Shown: in pieces, positions 1 to 11,336 of the stretch
Layout of the letters: each line of letters starts with the position of its first letter
Position numbering within the stretch: position 1 is the stretch's first letter
Source of the DNA: Campylobacterales bacterium
GTDB lineage: Bacteria > Campylobacterota > Campylobacteria > Campylobacterales > UBA6016
Assembly (NCBI GenBank): GCA_050252455.1
Contig: JBFWKW010000002.1
Span: 129,421-193,420 of the forward strand
Length of the DNA stretch: 64,000 nucleotides
Reading direction: 5' to 3'
Made by a program: the position numbers and the translations under genes
The notes under the pieces: model-generated
Told to the model about the DNA's origin: nothing
Database searches by the model: none
What the model saw: only the letters and a program-made list of their open reading frames with translations

Positions 1-230
1 TCTTTGTCATCCCTACAAATGGCAGACTCTTTGACACCCCAAAGATAAAAACCAAAATCGGCAAATATAGCAAGATATGCGGCAACCGCCCAACCGACTG
101 CAAGCTCCCCGAATGCTTCCGCTCCGAGTGTCCTCGTAAGATACGGCAGAAGCAAAAATGGAACTATATAGCTTGAAATCTGCAGCGCCATTAGCCATGT
201 TGCGTTTTGGGCTATTTTGGAGTTTGTCAT
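1..230 (-). CDS. wzx: Wzx/RfbX-type oligosaccharide flippase, 5' part only (runs off the window edge)
   Basis: Not in the ORF track. The reverse complement from ATG at 230 reads open to the edge: MTNSKIAQNATWLMALQISSYIVPFLLLPYLTRTLGAEAFGELAVGWAVAAYLAIFADFGFYLWG..., the typical Polysacc_synt N-terminus (PYLTRxLG..FG, DFG). Confidence 0.85.
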   Translation of the reverse strand, partial: MTNSKIAQNATWLMALQISSYIVPFLLLPYLTRTLGAEAFGELAVGWAVAAYLAIFADFGFYLWGVKESAICRDDK

Positions 231-242
231 CTGCGCAAAAGG

Positions 243-1250
243 CTACATAGCCCTTATATTTCTAACATTTGAAGATTTTGTCAGGTAGTAGTAAGTAAAT
301 TGATATAGACAAATAAACAAAATAGTAAAAATAAATAGCAAAACACCTTTGTTATAAAAAAACAGAGGCAGAAACTGAAACGGTAAAAATGAGAGCACCA
401 TAACAATTGCCGCTTTTGGATTCGAGAGTTTAAGGCTTCTCATGAGTACCTGATGCAGATGCATTTTATCTGCGCCCATTGCTTTTTTGCCGATTGCCAT
501 ACGGCGACGAATTATCGAGAAGATAACTTCCCAAATTGGATATATGAGGACGGCTAGAAAAAACCAGGCACTCACTTTGCCTTGCCTTGCAACAAGCATC
601 ACCGCAATAATGGCAAGCATAAATCCAAGAAAATACGCCCCGCCATCACCCAAAAATATCTTGCCTCTTGGAAAATTAAATAACAAAAATCCAAGCGTTG
701 CCGCCGCTAAAGATAAGCAAACAAACAGCACCTCGGTATCTTTTAGCATATAAGAAAGCGTGGCAAACGACAAAAACGCAAATAACGACACCCCGCCGGC
801 AAGACCGTTGAGCCCATCTATGATATTTATTGCATTAGTCACCCCGACTATTGCAAATACCGTAAATATAACGGCAATAACATATGGGAATTCAAAACCC
901 ATACCTATAGTCTTTAAATAATACCCACCGACCAAAACAAATATGATGGCACCGACAGATTGAATAACAAGCCTTCGCCTTTGGCTTAGTCTTCCTGTCA
1001 AATCCTCTGCTGTACCGCTAGCAAATGCAACGGTAGCGGCAAAAAAAACCGCCAAACCGAAAGAAGAAAAAATAGATACCAGAGACGCCACAAAAATACC
1101 TACACCACCTATTCTCGGCGTAGGCTCATCATGAAATCTCTGTGGCTTATCAGATTCGTGACAGTCGATAAACATATTTTTTTTATGAGAGTAGTAGATT
1201 AAAAAGTAATTAGAGGCTAGAGAAGCTAAGAATGCAAAAATTGAATGCAT
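243..1250 (-). CDS. wecA: Undecaprenyl-phosphate GlcNAc-1-phosphate transferase (WecA/MraY family)
   Basis: Polytopic membrane protein with PTPRIGG, NAINIIDGLNGLA, IFLGDGGAY and HLHQ motifs. TAATG overlap with the manC stop. Confidence 0.9.
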   Translation of the reverse strand: MHSIFAFLASLASNYFLIYYSHKKNMFIDCHESDKPQRFHDEPTPRIGGVGIFVASLVSIFSSFGLAVFFAATVAFASGTAEDLTGRLSQRRRLVIQSVGAIIFVLVGGYYLKTIGMGFEFPYVIAVIFTVFAIVGVTNAINIIDGLNGLAGGVSLFAFLSFATLSYMLKDTEVLFVCLSLAAATLGFLLFNFPRGKIFLGDGGAYFLGFMLAIIAVMLVARQGKVSAWFFLAVLIYPIWEVIFSIIRRRMAIGKKAMGADKMHLHQVLMRSLKLSNPKAAIVMVLSFLPFQFLPLFFYNKGVLLFIFTILFICLYQFTYYYLTKSSNVRNIRAM

Positions 1251-2626
1251 TAACTATTTTCTCTTTTAAAATCGTCTTCAAGTCTTACAATGTCATCTTC
1301 TCCGACATATTCACCTACTTGCACTTCTATCATTACAAGATCTATAAAACCTGTATTTTCCAAGCGATGAACTTCTCCTGCTTTTATATACGTTGATTCA
1401 TTTGCACGTATTAGAAGCTCTTTGTCTCCGTTTTGTACTTTCGCCGTACCGCTTACGACTATCCAGTGTTCATTTCTATGAAAATGTTTTTGAAGGCTGA
1501 GCCTTTTTCCAGGAGCTACAACTATAGTTTTTATTTTATAACCAGCGCTCTCCTCTAGAACCGTATACGTACCCCATGGTCTATGGGCAGTCAAATGTAT
1601 ATTATGAAGCCCACTTTTTTGCTCTTTTAGCTTTGCCACCACATTCTTTACTTGTTGTCCGCACCCTTTTTTTGCAACCAAAAGTGCGTCAGCGGTATCG
1701 ACTATCAGCATATCTTCGATACCTATTGTTGCAATCTGGCGTTGCGAGCCTATTATGAGATTATTTTTAGAGTCTATATTTATTGCACTTGAAAAAGTAT
1801 TGCCATGTTCATCTTTATCTAGCTCACAGTCAAGTGACTCAAAGCTTCCAACATCACTCCAACCGATATCCGATTGCACAACCTTAACAATTTTGCTTTT
1901 TTCCATAACCGCATAATCTATGCTATCTTCCGAAATAGCTTGCATATCATCAAGTCTTATTTTGGTCATATTGCCATCTTTTAGAGCATTTTTATAAGCT
2001 TTTTGAGAGGCTTCATAAATTTGCGGGGAATGCTGTTTTAGCTCATCCAAAAAAACACCTACCTTAAAACAGAACATCCCGCTATTCCAATAAAAATTGC
2101 CTTTTTTTACATACTCTTCAGCAATTGAGGTTTCGGGCTTTTCTTTAAAACTTAGCACATCAAAACCATCCGACTCTATATATCCATATCCGGTCTCCGC
2201 ATATGTAGGCAATATTCCAAAAGTAACTAGATATCCATCATCGGCAAACTCTTTTGCCTTCAAAATAGCGTTTTTGTATGCAACTTCATTTTTAATAAGA
2301 TGATCCGAAGAGCTCACCAATAACACCTCATCTCTATCCATGCCAAACGACGCTATCGCTATTGCGGGAGCAGTATTTCTGCCTATCGGCTCTAACAAAA
2401 AGGAAATTTCCCTATTGCCAATCTCGTCAGCCTGATCTAACGCTAAAAAAAACTGTTCACTATTTGAAACAACAAGAGTTTGTTCACATATGCCATTATT
2501 TCTAATGACTGTTTTTTGAAAAAGAGATTGCCCGTCAAACAATTTGACAAACTGTTTTGGCATAAGCGTTCTAGATATTGGCCAAAGTCTTGTGCCACTG
2601 CCGCCAGATAGTATAATATTAGTCAA
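1250..2626 (-). CDS. manC: Mannose-1-phosphate guanylyltransferase / mannose-6-phosphate isomerase
   Basis: [36 protein letters not shown] and a C-terminal cupin ([17 protein letters not shown]). Start moved to TTG 2626, which follows an AAGGAG SD. Confidence 0.93.
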   Translation of the reverse strand: MTNIILSGGSGTRLWPISRTLMPKQFVKLFDGQSLFQKTVIRNNGICEQTLVVSNSEQFFLALDQADEIGNREISFLLEPIGRNTAPAIAIASFGMDRDEVLLVSSSDHLIKNEVAYKNAILKAKEFADDGYLVTFGILPTYAETGYGYIESDGFDVLSFKEKPETSIAEEYVKKGNFYWNSGMFCFKVGVFLDELKQHSPQIYEASQKAYKNALKDGNMTKIRLDDMQAISEDSIDYAVMEKSKIVKVVQSDIGWSDVGSFESLDCELDKDEHGNTFSSAINIDSKNNLIIGSQRQIATIGIEDMLIVDTADALLVAKKGCGQQVKNVVAKLKEQKSGLHNIHLTAHRPWGTYTVLEESAGYKIKTIVVAPGKRLSLQKHFHRNEHWIVVSGTAKVQNGDKELLIRANESTYIKAGEVHRLENTGFIDLVMIEVQVGEYVGEDDIVRLEDDFKRENS

Positions 2627-3584
2627 CCAAGCTCCTTTTATACCATTCATACGTATTCTTAATTCCGTAAGAAAGTGTTATTTTGTGGCTCCAACCAAGT
2701 TTGTGCAACCTGTCAACATCGGACAGTTTTCGCAATGTACCATCCGGTCTATCAACGTTAAAATACAATTCACCCTCAAATTCAACTATTTCTTTGATTA
2801 ATTGCGCCAACTCTTTTATGCTGACTTCTTCTCCGCTTCCAATATTGATATGCGTATTACGGAGCTCTTTTTTGTCTTTTACTAAGTCTTTAAAGTCAAT
2901 ATTTTCCATGATAAATACGCAGGCATCCGCCATATCCGAAGAGTGTAAAAACTCTCGCAAAGGTTTGCCACTTCCCCATATCTCGACACTTTTGGCTCCG
3001 CTTATTTTTGCCTCATGCATTTTGCGTATAAGTGCGGGGAGCACATGCGAATTCTGAAGGTCGAAATTGTCATTAATTCCATACAAATTAGTTGGCATTA
3101 CTGAAATGAAGTTTGTGCCGTATTGCAAATTGTAGCTTTCGCACATTTTGATGCCTGCTATCTTGGCTATCGCATATGGCTCATTAGTATATTCTAGCGG
3201 CGATGCAAGCAAACTCTCCTCATTCATCGGCTGAGGAGCTTCTTTTGGATATATACAGGTGCTCCCCAGAAATAGTAGCTTTTTTACATTATGAATATAG
3301 CTCCGATGAATAATATTGTTTTGAATTTGAAGGTTTTCATAAATAAATTGCGCACGAAAAGTGTTGTTGGCAATGATACCGCCGACTTTTGCCGCCGCCA
3401 AAAAGACATATTCAGGCTTTTCAGCCTCAAAAAAATCTGCAACGGCCTTTTGATCCAAAAGATCAAGTTCAGCATGTGTTTTGCCAATAATATTTGTATA
3501 GCCTTTTGATTTTAGGTTTTCAACTATAGCGCTACCGACAAGCCCACGGTGTCCAGCCACATAAACCTTAGAGTCTTTTTGCAT
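2619..3584 (-). CDS. fcl: GDP-L-fucose synthase
   Basis: [42 protein letters not shown]. Start moved to ATG 3584, just after the gmd stop. Confidence 0.93.
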   Translation of the reverse strand: MQKDSKVYVAGHRGLVGSAIVENLKSKGYTNIIGKTHAELDLLDQKAVADFFEAEKPEYVFLAAAKVGGIIANNTFRAQFIYENLQIQNNIIHRSYIHNVKKLLFLGSTCIYPKEAPQPMNEESLLASPLEYTNEPYAIAKIAGIKMCESYNLQYGTNFISVMPTNLYGINDNFDLQNSHVLPALIRKMHEAKISGAKSVEIWGSGKPLREFLHSSDMADACVFIMENIDFKDLVKDKKELRNTHINIGSGEEVSIKELAQLIKEIVEFEGELYFNVDRPDGTLRKLSDVDRLHKLGWSHKITLSYGIKNTYEWYKRSLVD

Positions 3585-3585
3585 G

Positions 3586-4704
3586 CTACTCAAAATACCT
3601 AAGTGTCTTATACCCAGCTTCTTGCAAAAACTTATCTTTTTGCATCAGCTTCACATCGCTTGTCATCATATCTTTCACAAGGGCGGTAAGATCATATTTA
3701 GGTATCCACCCCAACTTTGTTTTTGATTTTGTAGGGTCGCCCAATAGTAAGTCGACTTCCGTAAGACGGAAATATTTTGGGTCAACAGACACCACTTCTT
3801 TGCCTATCTCCACCTGAAACTGTGGATTTGAGCATGCCTTAATATATCCTTTTTCATCAGCGTCTTTACCCTTGAATTCTAATTCTATACCAACTTCGGC
3901 AAATGCCATTCTCACAAATTCACGCACCTCAGTAGTAATCCCCGTGGCTATAACAAAATCTTCCGGCTTATCTTGCTGAAGAATAAGATACATCGCCTCC
4001 ACATAATCTTTAGCGTGCCCCCAGTCTCTTTTTGATGATAGGTTTCCAAGATAAAGCTTATCTTGTAATCCGAGTGCTATTTTTGCCGCCGCACGAGTAA
4101 TCTTACGAGTCACGAAAGTCTCACCTCTTATCGGAGATTCGTGATTAAATAATATACCATTGCATGCAAACATTCCATAAGCCTCACGGTAATTTACCGT
4201 TATCCAATATGCATACATTTTAGCAACAGCATACGGACTCCTAGGATAAAATGGAGTTGTTTCAGACTGTGGTACAGCTTGCACAAGACCATAAAGTTCC
4301 GACGTGCTTGCCTGATATATTTTTGTTTTTTCAGTAAGACCCAATATTCTAATAGCTTCTAGCAACCTAAGAGTTCCTATGCCATCGGCATTTGCCGTAT
4401 ATTCCGGTGTCTCAAAAGATACATGCACGTGACTCATTGCTGCAAGATTGTATATCTCGTCAGGCTGAATCTCTTGGATTATCCTTATAAGATTTGTACT
4501 ATCTGTTAAGTCACCATGATGCAGTTTTAGTCTTACATTGTTTTCATGCGGGTCTTGATAAAGGTGGTCTATTCTATCTGTATTAAATAAGGAACTTCTC
4601 CTTTTTATGCCGTGCACCTCATAGCCTTTTTTTAGTAAAAACTCTGCTAGATATGCGCCATCCTGACCTGTAATGCCTGTAATTAATGCTACTTTACTTG
4701 GCAA
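3586..4704 (-). CDS. gmd: GDP-mannose 4,6-dehydratase
   Basis: [57 protein letters not shown] start after AAGGA. Confidence 0.95.
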   Translation of the reverse strand: MPSKVALITGITGQDGAYLAEFLLKKGYEVHGIKRRSSLFNTDRIDHLYQDPHENNVRLKLHHGDLTDSTNLIRIIQEIQPDEIYNLAAMSHVHVSFETPEYTANADGIGTLRLLEAIRILGLTEKTKIYQASTSELYGLVQAVPQSETTPFYPRSPYAVAKMYAYWITVNYREAYGMFACNGILFNHESPIRGETFVTRKITRAAAKIALGLQDKLYLGNLSSKRDWGHAKDYVEAMYLILQQDKPEDFVIATGITTEVREFVRMAFAEVGIELEFKGKDADEKGYIKACSNPQFQVEIGKEVVSVDPKYFRLTEVDLLLGDPTKSKTKLGWIPKYDLTALVKDMMTSDVKLMQKDKFLQEAGYKTLRYFE

Positions 4705-4707
4705 TTT

Positions 4708-5481
4708 TTATCCTTTGAGAAATAGTTGTTTTATTTTTGAAAGAGGCTTGGTGGCAAATAACATAAAGTTAACGCTTAAGCCATTCTCTTTCCAAGCTTT
4801 CACACATTCAATGTTTGCTTTTATTATATTCAATAAGGAACCATTACTGGCCCCTCCTGCGCGCATTTTAACAAAAACTTCTGGAATATATAGAGAAGAT
4901 ATTTTACATTTTTCCATAAATCTTAACATCAACTCATAATCGGCGGCTATTTTGAACTTCAAATTAAAGAGTCCATTTTCTAAATAAACTTTTCTTTTAA
5001 TGAAAAGAGTTGGATGAGCTGGATGCCATCCACTACGAAAAAGATTAGCTTCATAACCTCTTGATTTCCAACGTCTTATAATTTTTGAAGTGTCGTCTTG
5101 ATCAACATAAAAAAGGTCACCATATACACTATCTATATCAATGTCGTCAAAAGCGTTGGCTACCATAGATAAAATATTATCGGATACATAAAAATCATCA
5201 CTATTTAAGATGCCTACTATGTCACCGGTAGCAACCCCTATGCCCTTATTCATTGCATCGTATATGCCATCGTCCTTCTCGCATATATATTTTGATATTC
5301 TATCTGAGTAAGTAGATATAATTTTTGATGTATTATCGGTGGAGCAGCCGTCTACTATGATATATTCTATGTTCTTGTAAGTTTGGGATAAGACCGATTC
5401 AATAGTATTCTGAATTGTTCTTTCGGCATTAAATACAACCGTAATTATAGATATTTTCTTTGAATGATCACTGTTTTGCAT
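4708..5481 (-). CDS. GT2 glycosyltransferase (WcaE-like)
   Basis: ISIITVVFN, IVDGCSTD, GIYDAMNKG, LNSDD (DxD), HPTLF, ADYE. Confidence 0.88.
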   Translation of the reverse strand: MQNSDHSKKISIITVVFNAERTIQNTIESVLSQTYKNIEYIIVDGCSTDNTSKIISTYSDRISKYICEKDDGIYDAMNKGIGVATGDIVGILNSDDFYVSDNILSMVANAFDDIDIDSVYGDLFYVDQDDTSKIIRRWKSRGYEANLFRSGWHPAHPTLFIKRKVYLENGLFNLKFKIAADYELMLRFMEKCKISSLYIPEVFVKMRAGGASNGSLLNIIKANIECVKAWKENGLSVNFMLFATKPLSKIKQLFLKG

Positions 5482-6265
5482 TCAATCTCCTAAGCGCCCC
5501 CCTAAATATATATCTAAAGTTACCCTGTATGGCAGTAAGTAGCAAGCGCCTAAGTATATAATATACCTTTGAAGGCTTGCAGGCTTTGCCGTATTCACGA
5601 TCTATTATAAGATGCTCCGCATCAAACATGCTCAAACTATTATGTGTTTTTGTAGCTTCGTGCAGACGAAGGGCTCCTGCAAAAAAATCTACATGAACCG
5701 CATCATAACTTTGCAAAATCCTCAAAAACCATTCATAATCAAAGGCATAATTTAAATCTTCCCTCAAATATCCCAAAGTGGCATTAATATCTTTGCTCCA
5801 GAAACTTGCTTGATTTGATAGTATCATGCCTTCTGCCCTTAAAGAACCGAATGTTGGTGTAACATATCTCAAATCCCTTATCACATCCCCATTGACATCA
5901 ATAAGATACATATTTGCCGCCACCAACTTCGCATGTTTATTGCTTTGTATGGTTTCTGCGATTTTTAAAAAAGCACCGGGAAGATAAATATCATCCGAAT
6001 TTTGCCAAGCTATCCAGTCACCTGTAGCAATTTTTAGCCCTTTGTTGATTGCCTCAGTCTGTCCGCTATCTTTTTCGCTAATCCAATATGTAATATATTG
6101 ACTATATTTTTTAATAATCTCCAGGCTACCGTCTGTGGAGCCACCGTCTATGATAATATACTCCAAATTCGGGTATTCTTGCGAAATAACCGACTCTATA
6201 GTTTTTTCCAGATATTGAGCCTGATTGTAGCTAGGCGTTATTACACTAAATTTTGGATATTGCAA
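5468..6265 (-). CDS. GT2 glycosyltransferase
   Basis: SVITPSYNQA, IIDGGSTDGS, AINKG, WQNSDD. TTG start. Confidence 0.88.
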   Translation of the reverse strand: MQYPKFSVITPSYNQAQYLEKTIESVISQEYPNLEYIIIDGGSTDGSLEIIKKYSQYITYWISEKDSGQTEAINKGLKIATGDWIAWQNSDDIYLPGAFLKIAETIQSNKHAKLVAANMYLIDVNGDVIRDLRYVTPTFGSLRAEGMILSNQASFWSKDINATLGYLREDLNYAFDYEWFLRILQSYDAVHVDFFAGALRLHEATKTHNSLSMFDAEHLIIDREYGKACKPSKVYYILRRLLLTAIQGNFRYIFRGALRRLNAKQ

Positions 6266-7466
6266 TTTTAAAACCTTCTTGACGTATCATATTTACCAAC
6301 AAACCAGCACACAAGAAAAAGTGTATCGACATCATATAGTGTCCATGTATCTGGTCATCCAATAGATATATTATAAAAAAAGTAGAAAGCATAATTATAG
6401 TATTTCTATTGTTCTCATTTTTGCTTTTCGATAAATATAATCTTAATAGGTATGCTACTGCGGCTATAAATAACGAAAAAACAATAAAACCAATCATCCC
6501 TAATTCCGCAAGGATGTGCAATACCGTACTATGTGGGAATGTTTTAATATTATCTGCTCCTTTGCCGAAAATCGGGTTTTGGATGAAAATATCTATTGCT
6601 TCTTTTTGATAAATCATTCTCAGCGCAGTGGAATTTGCATTGTGGTGTATATAATAATCTTCATCTTTTAGCTCCCACGGTTTGCTTGCGGCAGATATAG
6701 ACTTTGCAAATTCACCAGCAGAGGATGGTTTTTGAATTCCGATAATAATACCGGATAACATTGCAATAAAAACTCCTAATATAATAAACGTATTCTTTTT
6801 CGGCATAGCGACCGTTAGAACAATTATCGATACAATCCCAATCAAAACTCCAGATTTAGAAACGCCCATCGTCATGCAAAGGAAAGATAAAAAGATAATG
6901 CCAATGGCAATAAAGAATTTATAATTAGTTATCACCTTACACCTGAAAACATTAAATACTGTGACCAATATTAAAGCATCCAGTATTTGGCTGAACAACA
7001 AAACAAAATGATTGTATCCATAAAAAGAATCCCTATTTTGATTCAAATAAAATAGCGCCGTAATATAAAGAAGCAACGATGCTATTCCCAAAAATGAGAT
7101 TGTTTTTATAAATATTTCGAAATCTATTTTTGCAACCCTACCTGCAAAATAAGCCGCAATTACAAAAAACGGGAAATACCTTATATGTTGTGCATCCGTA
7201 TTGTTGGATAATAGATATGATATCCCCACATTCAAGCAAAATAAAACAAACAGTAAATCAATAACACCAAAAGTTGGGAAAAACACATTTTTATTTGTAT
7301 TGCCATGTAGAAAAATCAGAAGATATAAAAAAATATAAACTCCTGCCAAAACTATAGAAGAAGAACCTAGACCAAGAGTATTTAGTATTATAAAATACGG
7401 TACCGTTCCATATAGTAATAGCACCGTAGAGATGGTAGATATAGTTTTTGTTGCTTGCGAGTTCAT
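6246..7466 (-). CDS. O-antigen polymerase / O-antigen ligase family membrane protein (Wzy_C-like)
   Basis: About 11-12 hydrophobic segments, SKSG at a TM end, a large periplasmic loop followed by FPHSTVLHILAELGMIG. Position among the glycosyltransferases favours Wzy. Confidence 0.7.
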   Translation of the reverse strand: MNSQATKTISTISTVLLLYGTVPYFIILNTLGLGSSSIVLAGVYIFLYLLIFLHGNTNKNVFFPTFGVIDLLFVLFCLNVGISYLLSNNTDAQHIRYFPFFVIAAYFAGRVAKIDFEIFIKTISFLGIASLLLYITALFYLNQNRDSFYGYNHFVLLFSQILDALILVTVFNVFRCKVITNYKFFIAIGIIFLSFLCMTMGVSKSGVLIGIVSIIVLTVAMPKKNTFIILGVFIAMLSGIIIGIQKPSSAGEFAKSISAASKPWELKDEDYYIHHNANSTALRMIYQKEAIDIFIQNPIFGKGADNIKTFPHSTVLHILAELGMIGFIVFSLFIAAVAYLLRLYLSKSKNENNRNTIIMLSTFFIIYLLDDQIHGHYMMSIHFFLCAGLLVNMIRQEGFKIAISKI

Positions 7467-8296
7467 GATTTTTTAAACAGATAGTTTTTCAGTATATTTA
7501 TTACGATATTTATCTTTCTATGTTTGAAATATCGTTCAAATTTTTCAAGCACCTCTTCGATGACTATGGTATCTATTTTTTTTAAAGTAGGTATGTATTC
7601 GGTATTTATAGTTCCATTTGAATTATCATATCTGCTATACCATCTAGTATGTGTTCCGCAATACCCTATGTGGGCTACAAGGCTTTCCTTAGGATACAAA
7701 GTTACCATATTCCGTAAAAAGGCAGAGGCATACCATCTAATTGCCCATGAATTGTTGCGTCCATTTATTTGATCTTTTAGCATTTTTGTGTACGGATAGC
7801 TACCACCAAAATAAACTCTCCATGCCCTATTCCACGTTGCCCACCCCCAACAATCCGCCCCTTTTAGAAAAAAAGTTTCCGGCAAATCTTTAATTGGGTA
7901 CACAAAACCATGAATACTTGCTACATTCATATCGTTTTCATATGTATCTAGTCCATTATTCATAAACTCTAGAAATCTTGGATGTGTTATTAAGTCATCT
8001 TCTAAAACAATAACCCTCCCATATTTCTCAACTAACGAGCCGACACCATCTATTATATTTTCAGCCAATCCAAAATTTTTCTCACGTCGTATAATAGCCA
8101 CTTCTTTAAAGCCTACAATGCCGAGAATATACTCTCTTATTTTTTCGACTTCGGCGAAATTTGACGCATCCTTTGCCGCATCGCTATATATAAAAAGACT
8201 ACTTTCTTGCGCCAAGGTGTTATTTTTTAACGCATCGACTGTCTTAATTGTCATATCCAGTCTGTCGTAAACGAATAAAGCAATTGGGGCTATCAT
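7463..8296 (-). CDS. GT-A fold glycosyltransferase
   Basis: APIALFVYDR, IYSDAAK, VIVLEDD, CWGWATW, SWAIRW. Start moved to ATG 8296 (ATGA overlap with the upstream stop). Confidence 0.8.
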   Translation of the reverse strand: MIAPIALFVYDRLDMTIKTVDALKNNTLAQESSLFIYSDAAKDASNFAEVEKIREYILGIVGFKEVAIIRREKNFGLAENIIDGVGSLVEKYGRVIVLEDDLITHPRFLEFMNNGLDTYENDMNVASIHGFVYPIKDLPETFFLKGADCWGWATWNRAWRVYFGGSYPYTKMLKDQINGRNNSWAIRWYASAFLRNMVTLYPKESLVAHIGYCGTHTRWYSRYDNSNGTINTEYIPTLKKIDTIVIEEVLEKFERYFKHRKINIVINILKNYLFKKS

Positions 8297-9471
8297 TGTC
8301 TGAAACACTTTAGCTTGACTGCAAAGCCATCTATTATGTTAGTGAGCTCTTCGCAGAGTGATGTTTTTGAAATTGAATTTAGCTTTTCTACACCCTTGTT
8401 TATCAGTTTTTGCCTTTCTTCATCATTTTGCCTCAAAAGATCAATATGGTTTGCCAAACTATGTGGATTTTTTAAATCACACAATAACGCAGCATTGCCG
8501 ACTTGCTCTCTTAAGCCTTTTAAATCAGAGTATATAACAGGGCAGCCTACTTGAAATGCCTCGAGAGGCGGTATATTCGTGGGGCCAAAGTATGTTGGCA
8601 TCACTAGAGACAAAGCAAACTTATAAAGGCTATAAATCTCATCATTCGGCGCAAAGCCTATGTACTTAACCAGATGTTTAATACCTAACGATTCGGCATA
8701 ATCTAAAACAAATTTCAAATTGCCCTTGTCTGAACCGCTAAAAATAGCGTATATTTGCACATTGTTATCGTTTAATATTTTTAAAGCATCCAGAATATAG
8801 ACATGATTTTTATGTGACCAAAATTGAGCCGGATAGTATATATATTCACCGTTAATACCATATTTTTGTTTGATATCCACAACATGAGGCGATAATACGT
8901 TGCTTGATGGCGAAAATGGCGCAACATATACTCTTTCTTCATCAACCCCATATCTTCTTACTACATTGTCCTTGCCCAAGTCGGAATCCACCAAAACAGC
9001 AACAGCTTTCGGCAAACTCTTACTATAAAGTATCTCCCTCCATTCAAAAACCCTATAATGTCCAACTTCCGGAAATTCAAAATGATCCCTGTGGCATAAA
9101 TCCCAAACGGTAATAATATAGCTATGGGATATTAAATTCAATGACAACTCAGACGGGGACAAAAAATATACCAAATCTATATCATTGTCGTCCAAGAGTT
9201 TTTCAAACTTATTTTTTAGTTTAAATCTATATTGAAAAGGGAAAAATATCTGATTTCTAAATACAAAGTTTTTAATTCTGTCAAATCGTCCGCTTTTCAC
9301 AGTTACAACATTTAATCCAAGTTTTTCAAGCTCCCTCGTGTTCTCAGGCGCAAATGTAAACGCAACAAAATTGTGTCTTTTTAGTTTTTGAATCTCGGCA
9401 ATAGAGGTAAGCTGCTGCTGAAAACCTCCACCAACATGCAGGCTACCTTCAAAAACAATGGCTATATTCAA
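8293..9471 (-). CDS. GT4 glycosyltransferase
   Basis: GGGFQQ N-terminal motif, YPAQFWSHKNH, PTNIPPLEAF. Start moved to TTG 9471 (TTGA overlap). Confidence 0.85.
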   Translation of the reverse strand: MNIAIVFEGSLHVGGGFQQQLTSIAEIQKLKRHNFVAFTFAPENTRELEKLGLNVVTVKSGRFDRIKNFVFRNQIFFPFQYRFKLKNKFEKLLDDNDIDLVYFLSPSELSLNLISHSYIITVWDLCHRDHFEFPEVGHYRVFEWREILYSKSLPKAVAVLVDSDLGKDNVVRRYGVDEERVYVAPFSPSSNVLSPHVVDIKQKYGINGEYIYYPAQFWSHKNHVYILDALKILNDNNVQIYAIFSGSDKGNLKFVLDYAESLGIKHLVKYIGFAPNDEIYSLYKFALSLVMPTYFGPTNIPPLEAFQVGCPVIYSDLKGLREQVGNAALLCDLKNPHSLANHIDLLRQNDEERQKLINKGVEKLNSISKTSLCEELTNIIDGFAVKLKCFRQ

Positions 9472-10217
9472 ATAACTCTCCCAACAAAAACAGCCGTCCA
9501 ACTATCAAAATCCGGTTCAACTCCCGTCATCCACTCTTCAAAGCCCACAAGCTCCATACCCGCTTCTTTCATGAAATACTCTATTTCAGGTTTAAATAGA
9601 TATCTCATTTTATGGCTCTCATTGATAACAGTCGTCTTACAGGACACTTTATCGGTAATTATCAGCTCGTAATTGACTATTACAGTATTATCGTTTGCTT
9701 GCATAGTCGGTTCTGCTAGCCTAACGACCTTAATACTCTCGTTTTCCAGTCTTTTTACTCTTACGGCAGGCTTATTGGACAACACCGACGGTCCATACCA
9801 GCAATCAAATATAAATATACCGTCTTTACCTAGGTGTTCTTTTGCCGTTTTTAGGTAATTAATTAGATCGTCATTACCACTTTGATAGCTTGCTACATGA
9901 AATAAAGAAGTTATTACATCGTATTGTTTGTTTAATCTAAAGTTTCTAGCATCACCCTGGAAAAAACCTATTTCAGGAAAATTAATCTTTGCGGTAGCCA
10001 ACATACCTTCCGACATATCCACACCATCCACACGAGATATGCCTTTTTTTTGCAATAGTCCGGCATGCTTTCCGGTTCCACATCCTATATCCAATAATGA
10101 GTTTGGCATTTGGCAAAACTTTTGAGCCAAGGAAAATATATAATCCACTTCAACTTCATAATCTTTATCAGCATACAGCAAATTATAATACTGTGCGTAA
10201 ATATCAAAAACTTTCAT
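9468..10217 (-). CDS. Class I SAM-dependent methyltransferase resembling TylM1/DesVI amino-sugar N-methyltransferases
   Basis: YxLLYADKDY..E, LLDIGCGTGKH, VDMSEGML, QGDARNF, DGIFIFDCW. Confidence 0.8.
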   Translation of the reverse strand: MKVFDIYAQYYNLLYADKDYEVEVDYIFSLAQKFCQMPNSLLDIGCGTGKHAGLLQKKGISRVDGVDMSEGMLATAKINFPEIGFFQGDARNFRLNKQYDVITSLFHVASYQSGNDDLINYLKTAKEHLGKDGIFIFDCWYGPSVLSNKPAVRVKRLENESIKVVRLAEPTMQANDNTVIVNYELIITDKVSCKTTVINESHKMRYLFKPEIEYFMKEAGMELVGFEEWMTGVEPDFDSWTAVFVGRVI

Positions 10218-11334
10218 GCAAAGCCTTTCTTACCTTCTCTGCTACAATATTCAGCTGCTCCTCCGTTAGGGCCAACCCACTAGGAATATAAAAGCCATTT
10301 TCTGCAATTGACTCAGCAACCGGATAGCTTTCACCGACGAACATATTGGCCTTTTTAAATACCGGTTGCATGTGCATCGGATAAAAAAATGGCCTTGTAC
10401 CAATGCCCAGTTGACTCATTTTACGCATCATTGTCTCTGCATTTAGGGCGCTCTTTTCTTTTAGAACTATCCCGTAAACCCAATATATATTATCGGCATA
10501 ATCCGTGCTTGGTAACGGCAATTGAATCAAATCCTGTAAACCGCTCAACAACTCGGTATAAATTTTGCCCATAGCTCTTTTTTTAGCGACAAACTCATCT
10601 ATTCTCTCTATTTGAGCCAAGCCCAAAGCGGCTTGAATATTTGTCATTCTCAAATTCCACCCCAAACCCTCATGGACAAATCGTTTTTGAGGTTGAAAGC
10701 ATAGATTTCTCAATGAGCGGCACCTTTCGGCAAGTTCATCGTTATCGGTGACAATCATACCGCCCTCGCCTGTGGTAATGTGCTTATTTGGGTAAAAGCT
10801 AAATGTGCTTATATCCCCGAAGGAGCCGCAAGGCTTACCGCAATATGTCTGCCCGTGCATTTCGGCCGCATCCTCTATGACTTTTATGTTGTACTTAGAG
10901 GCTAGCTGAAGCACCGGATTAACATCAACCGGAAGTCCATATATATGGACTATCATAATGGCTTTTGTTTTAGTTGTTATCTTTGATTCTATCTGCGAAA
11001 CATCCATATTCCAAGTATTGCTATCCGTATCCACCAAAACAGGCTTAGCGCCATTTCTAACGATTTGATTTATGCATGAAATAATAGTAAAAGTAGGCAT
11101 GATAACTTCATCGCCGTCTCTTAAATCAAGAGCTTCAATAGCAGCGTCTATTGCGGCTGTTCCATTAGATACTGCAACTGCATGCTTTCTGCCAACAGTT
11201 GCCGCAAATCTATTTTCAAACTCTTTTATAAATGGCCCCTCCGAACTTATCCATCCAGTGTCGATGCATTCATTTAAATATTTCTTCTCATTTCCGTTAA
11301 GTAACGGTTCATTTACAGGTATAAAATTATTCAT
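10204..11334 (-). CDS. per: DegT/DnrJ family PLP aminotransferase, perosamine-synthase-like
   Basis: GWISSEGPF, SNGTAA, VIEDAAE, SFYPNKHITTGEGGM (PLP lysine), NLRMTNIQAALG. Lies downstream of a second Gmd. Confidence 0.75.
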   Translation of the reverse strand: MNNFIPVNEPLLNGNEKKYLNECIDTGWISSEGPFIKEFENRFAATVGRKHAVAVSNGTAAIDAAIEALDLRDGDEVIMPTFTIISCINQIVRNGAKPVLVDTDSNTWNMDVSQIESKITTKTKAIMIVHIYGLPVDVNPVLQLASKYNIKVIEDAAEMHGQTYCGKPCGSFGDISTFSFYPNKHITTGEGGMIVTDNDELAERCRSLRNLCFQPQKRFVHEGLGWNLRMTNIQAALGLAQIERIDEFVAKKRAMGKIYTELLSGLQDLIQLPLPSTDYADNIYWVYGIVLKEKSALNAETMMRKMSQLGIGTRPFFYPMHMQPVFKKANMFVGESYPVAESIAENGFYIPSGLALTEEQLNIVAEKVRKALHESF

Positions 11335-11336
11335 AG

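Noticed and set aside
13-198. 61-aa ORF in the supplied track
   Set aside because: Wrong frame. The overlapping frame from ATG 230 encodes a clear Wzx N-terminus.
228-245. wecA TAG is in frame with the wzx ATG, 12 nt apart (possible read-through fusion)
   Set aside because: This happens by chance one time in three. Both proteins look complete as separate genes, and no recoding signal is visible.
1041-1048. A8/T8 runs (also 14563-14570, 15190-15197) and C6 runs (5497-5502, 57944-57949) as phase-variation tracts
   Set aside because: They are short, expected in AT-rich DNA, and the host ORFs are intact. No long poly-G/C tract was seen in the window.
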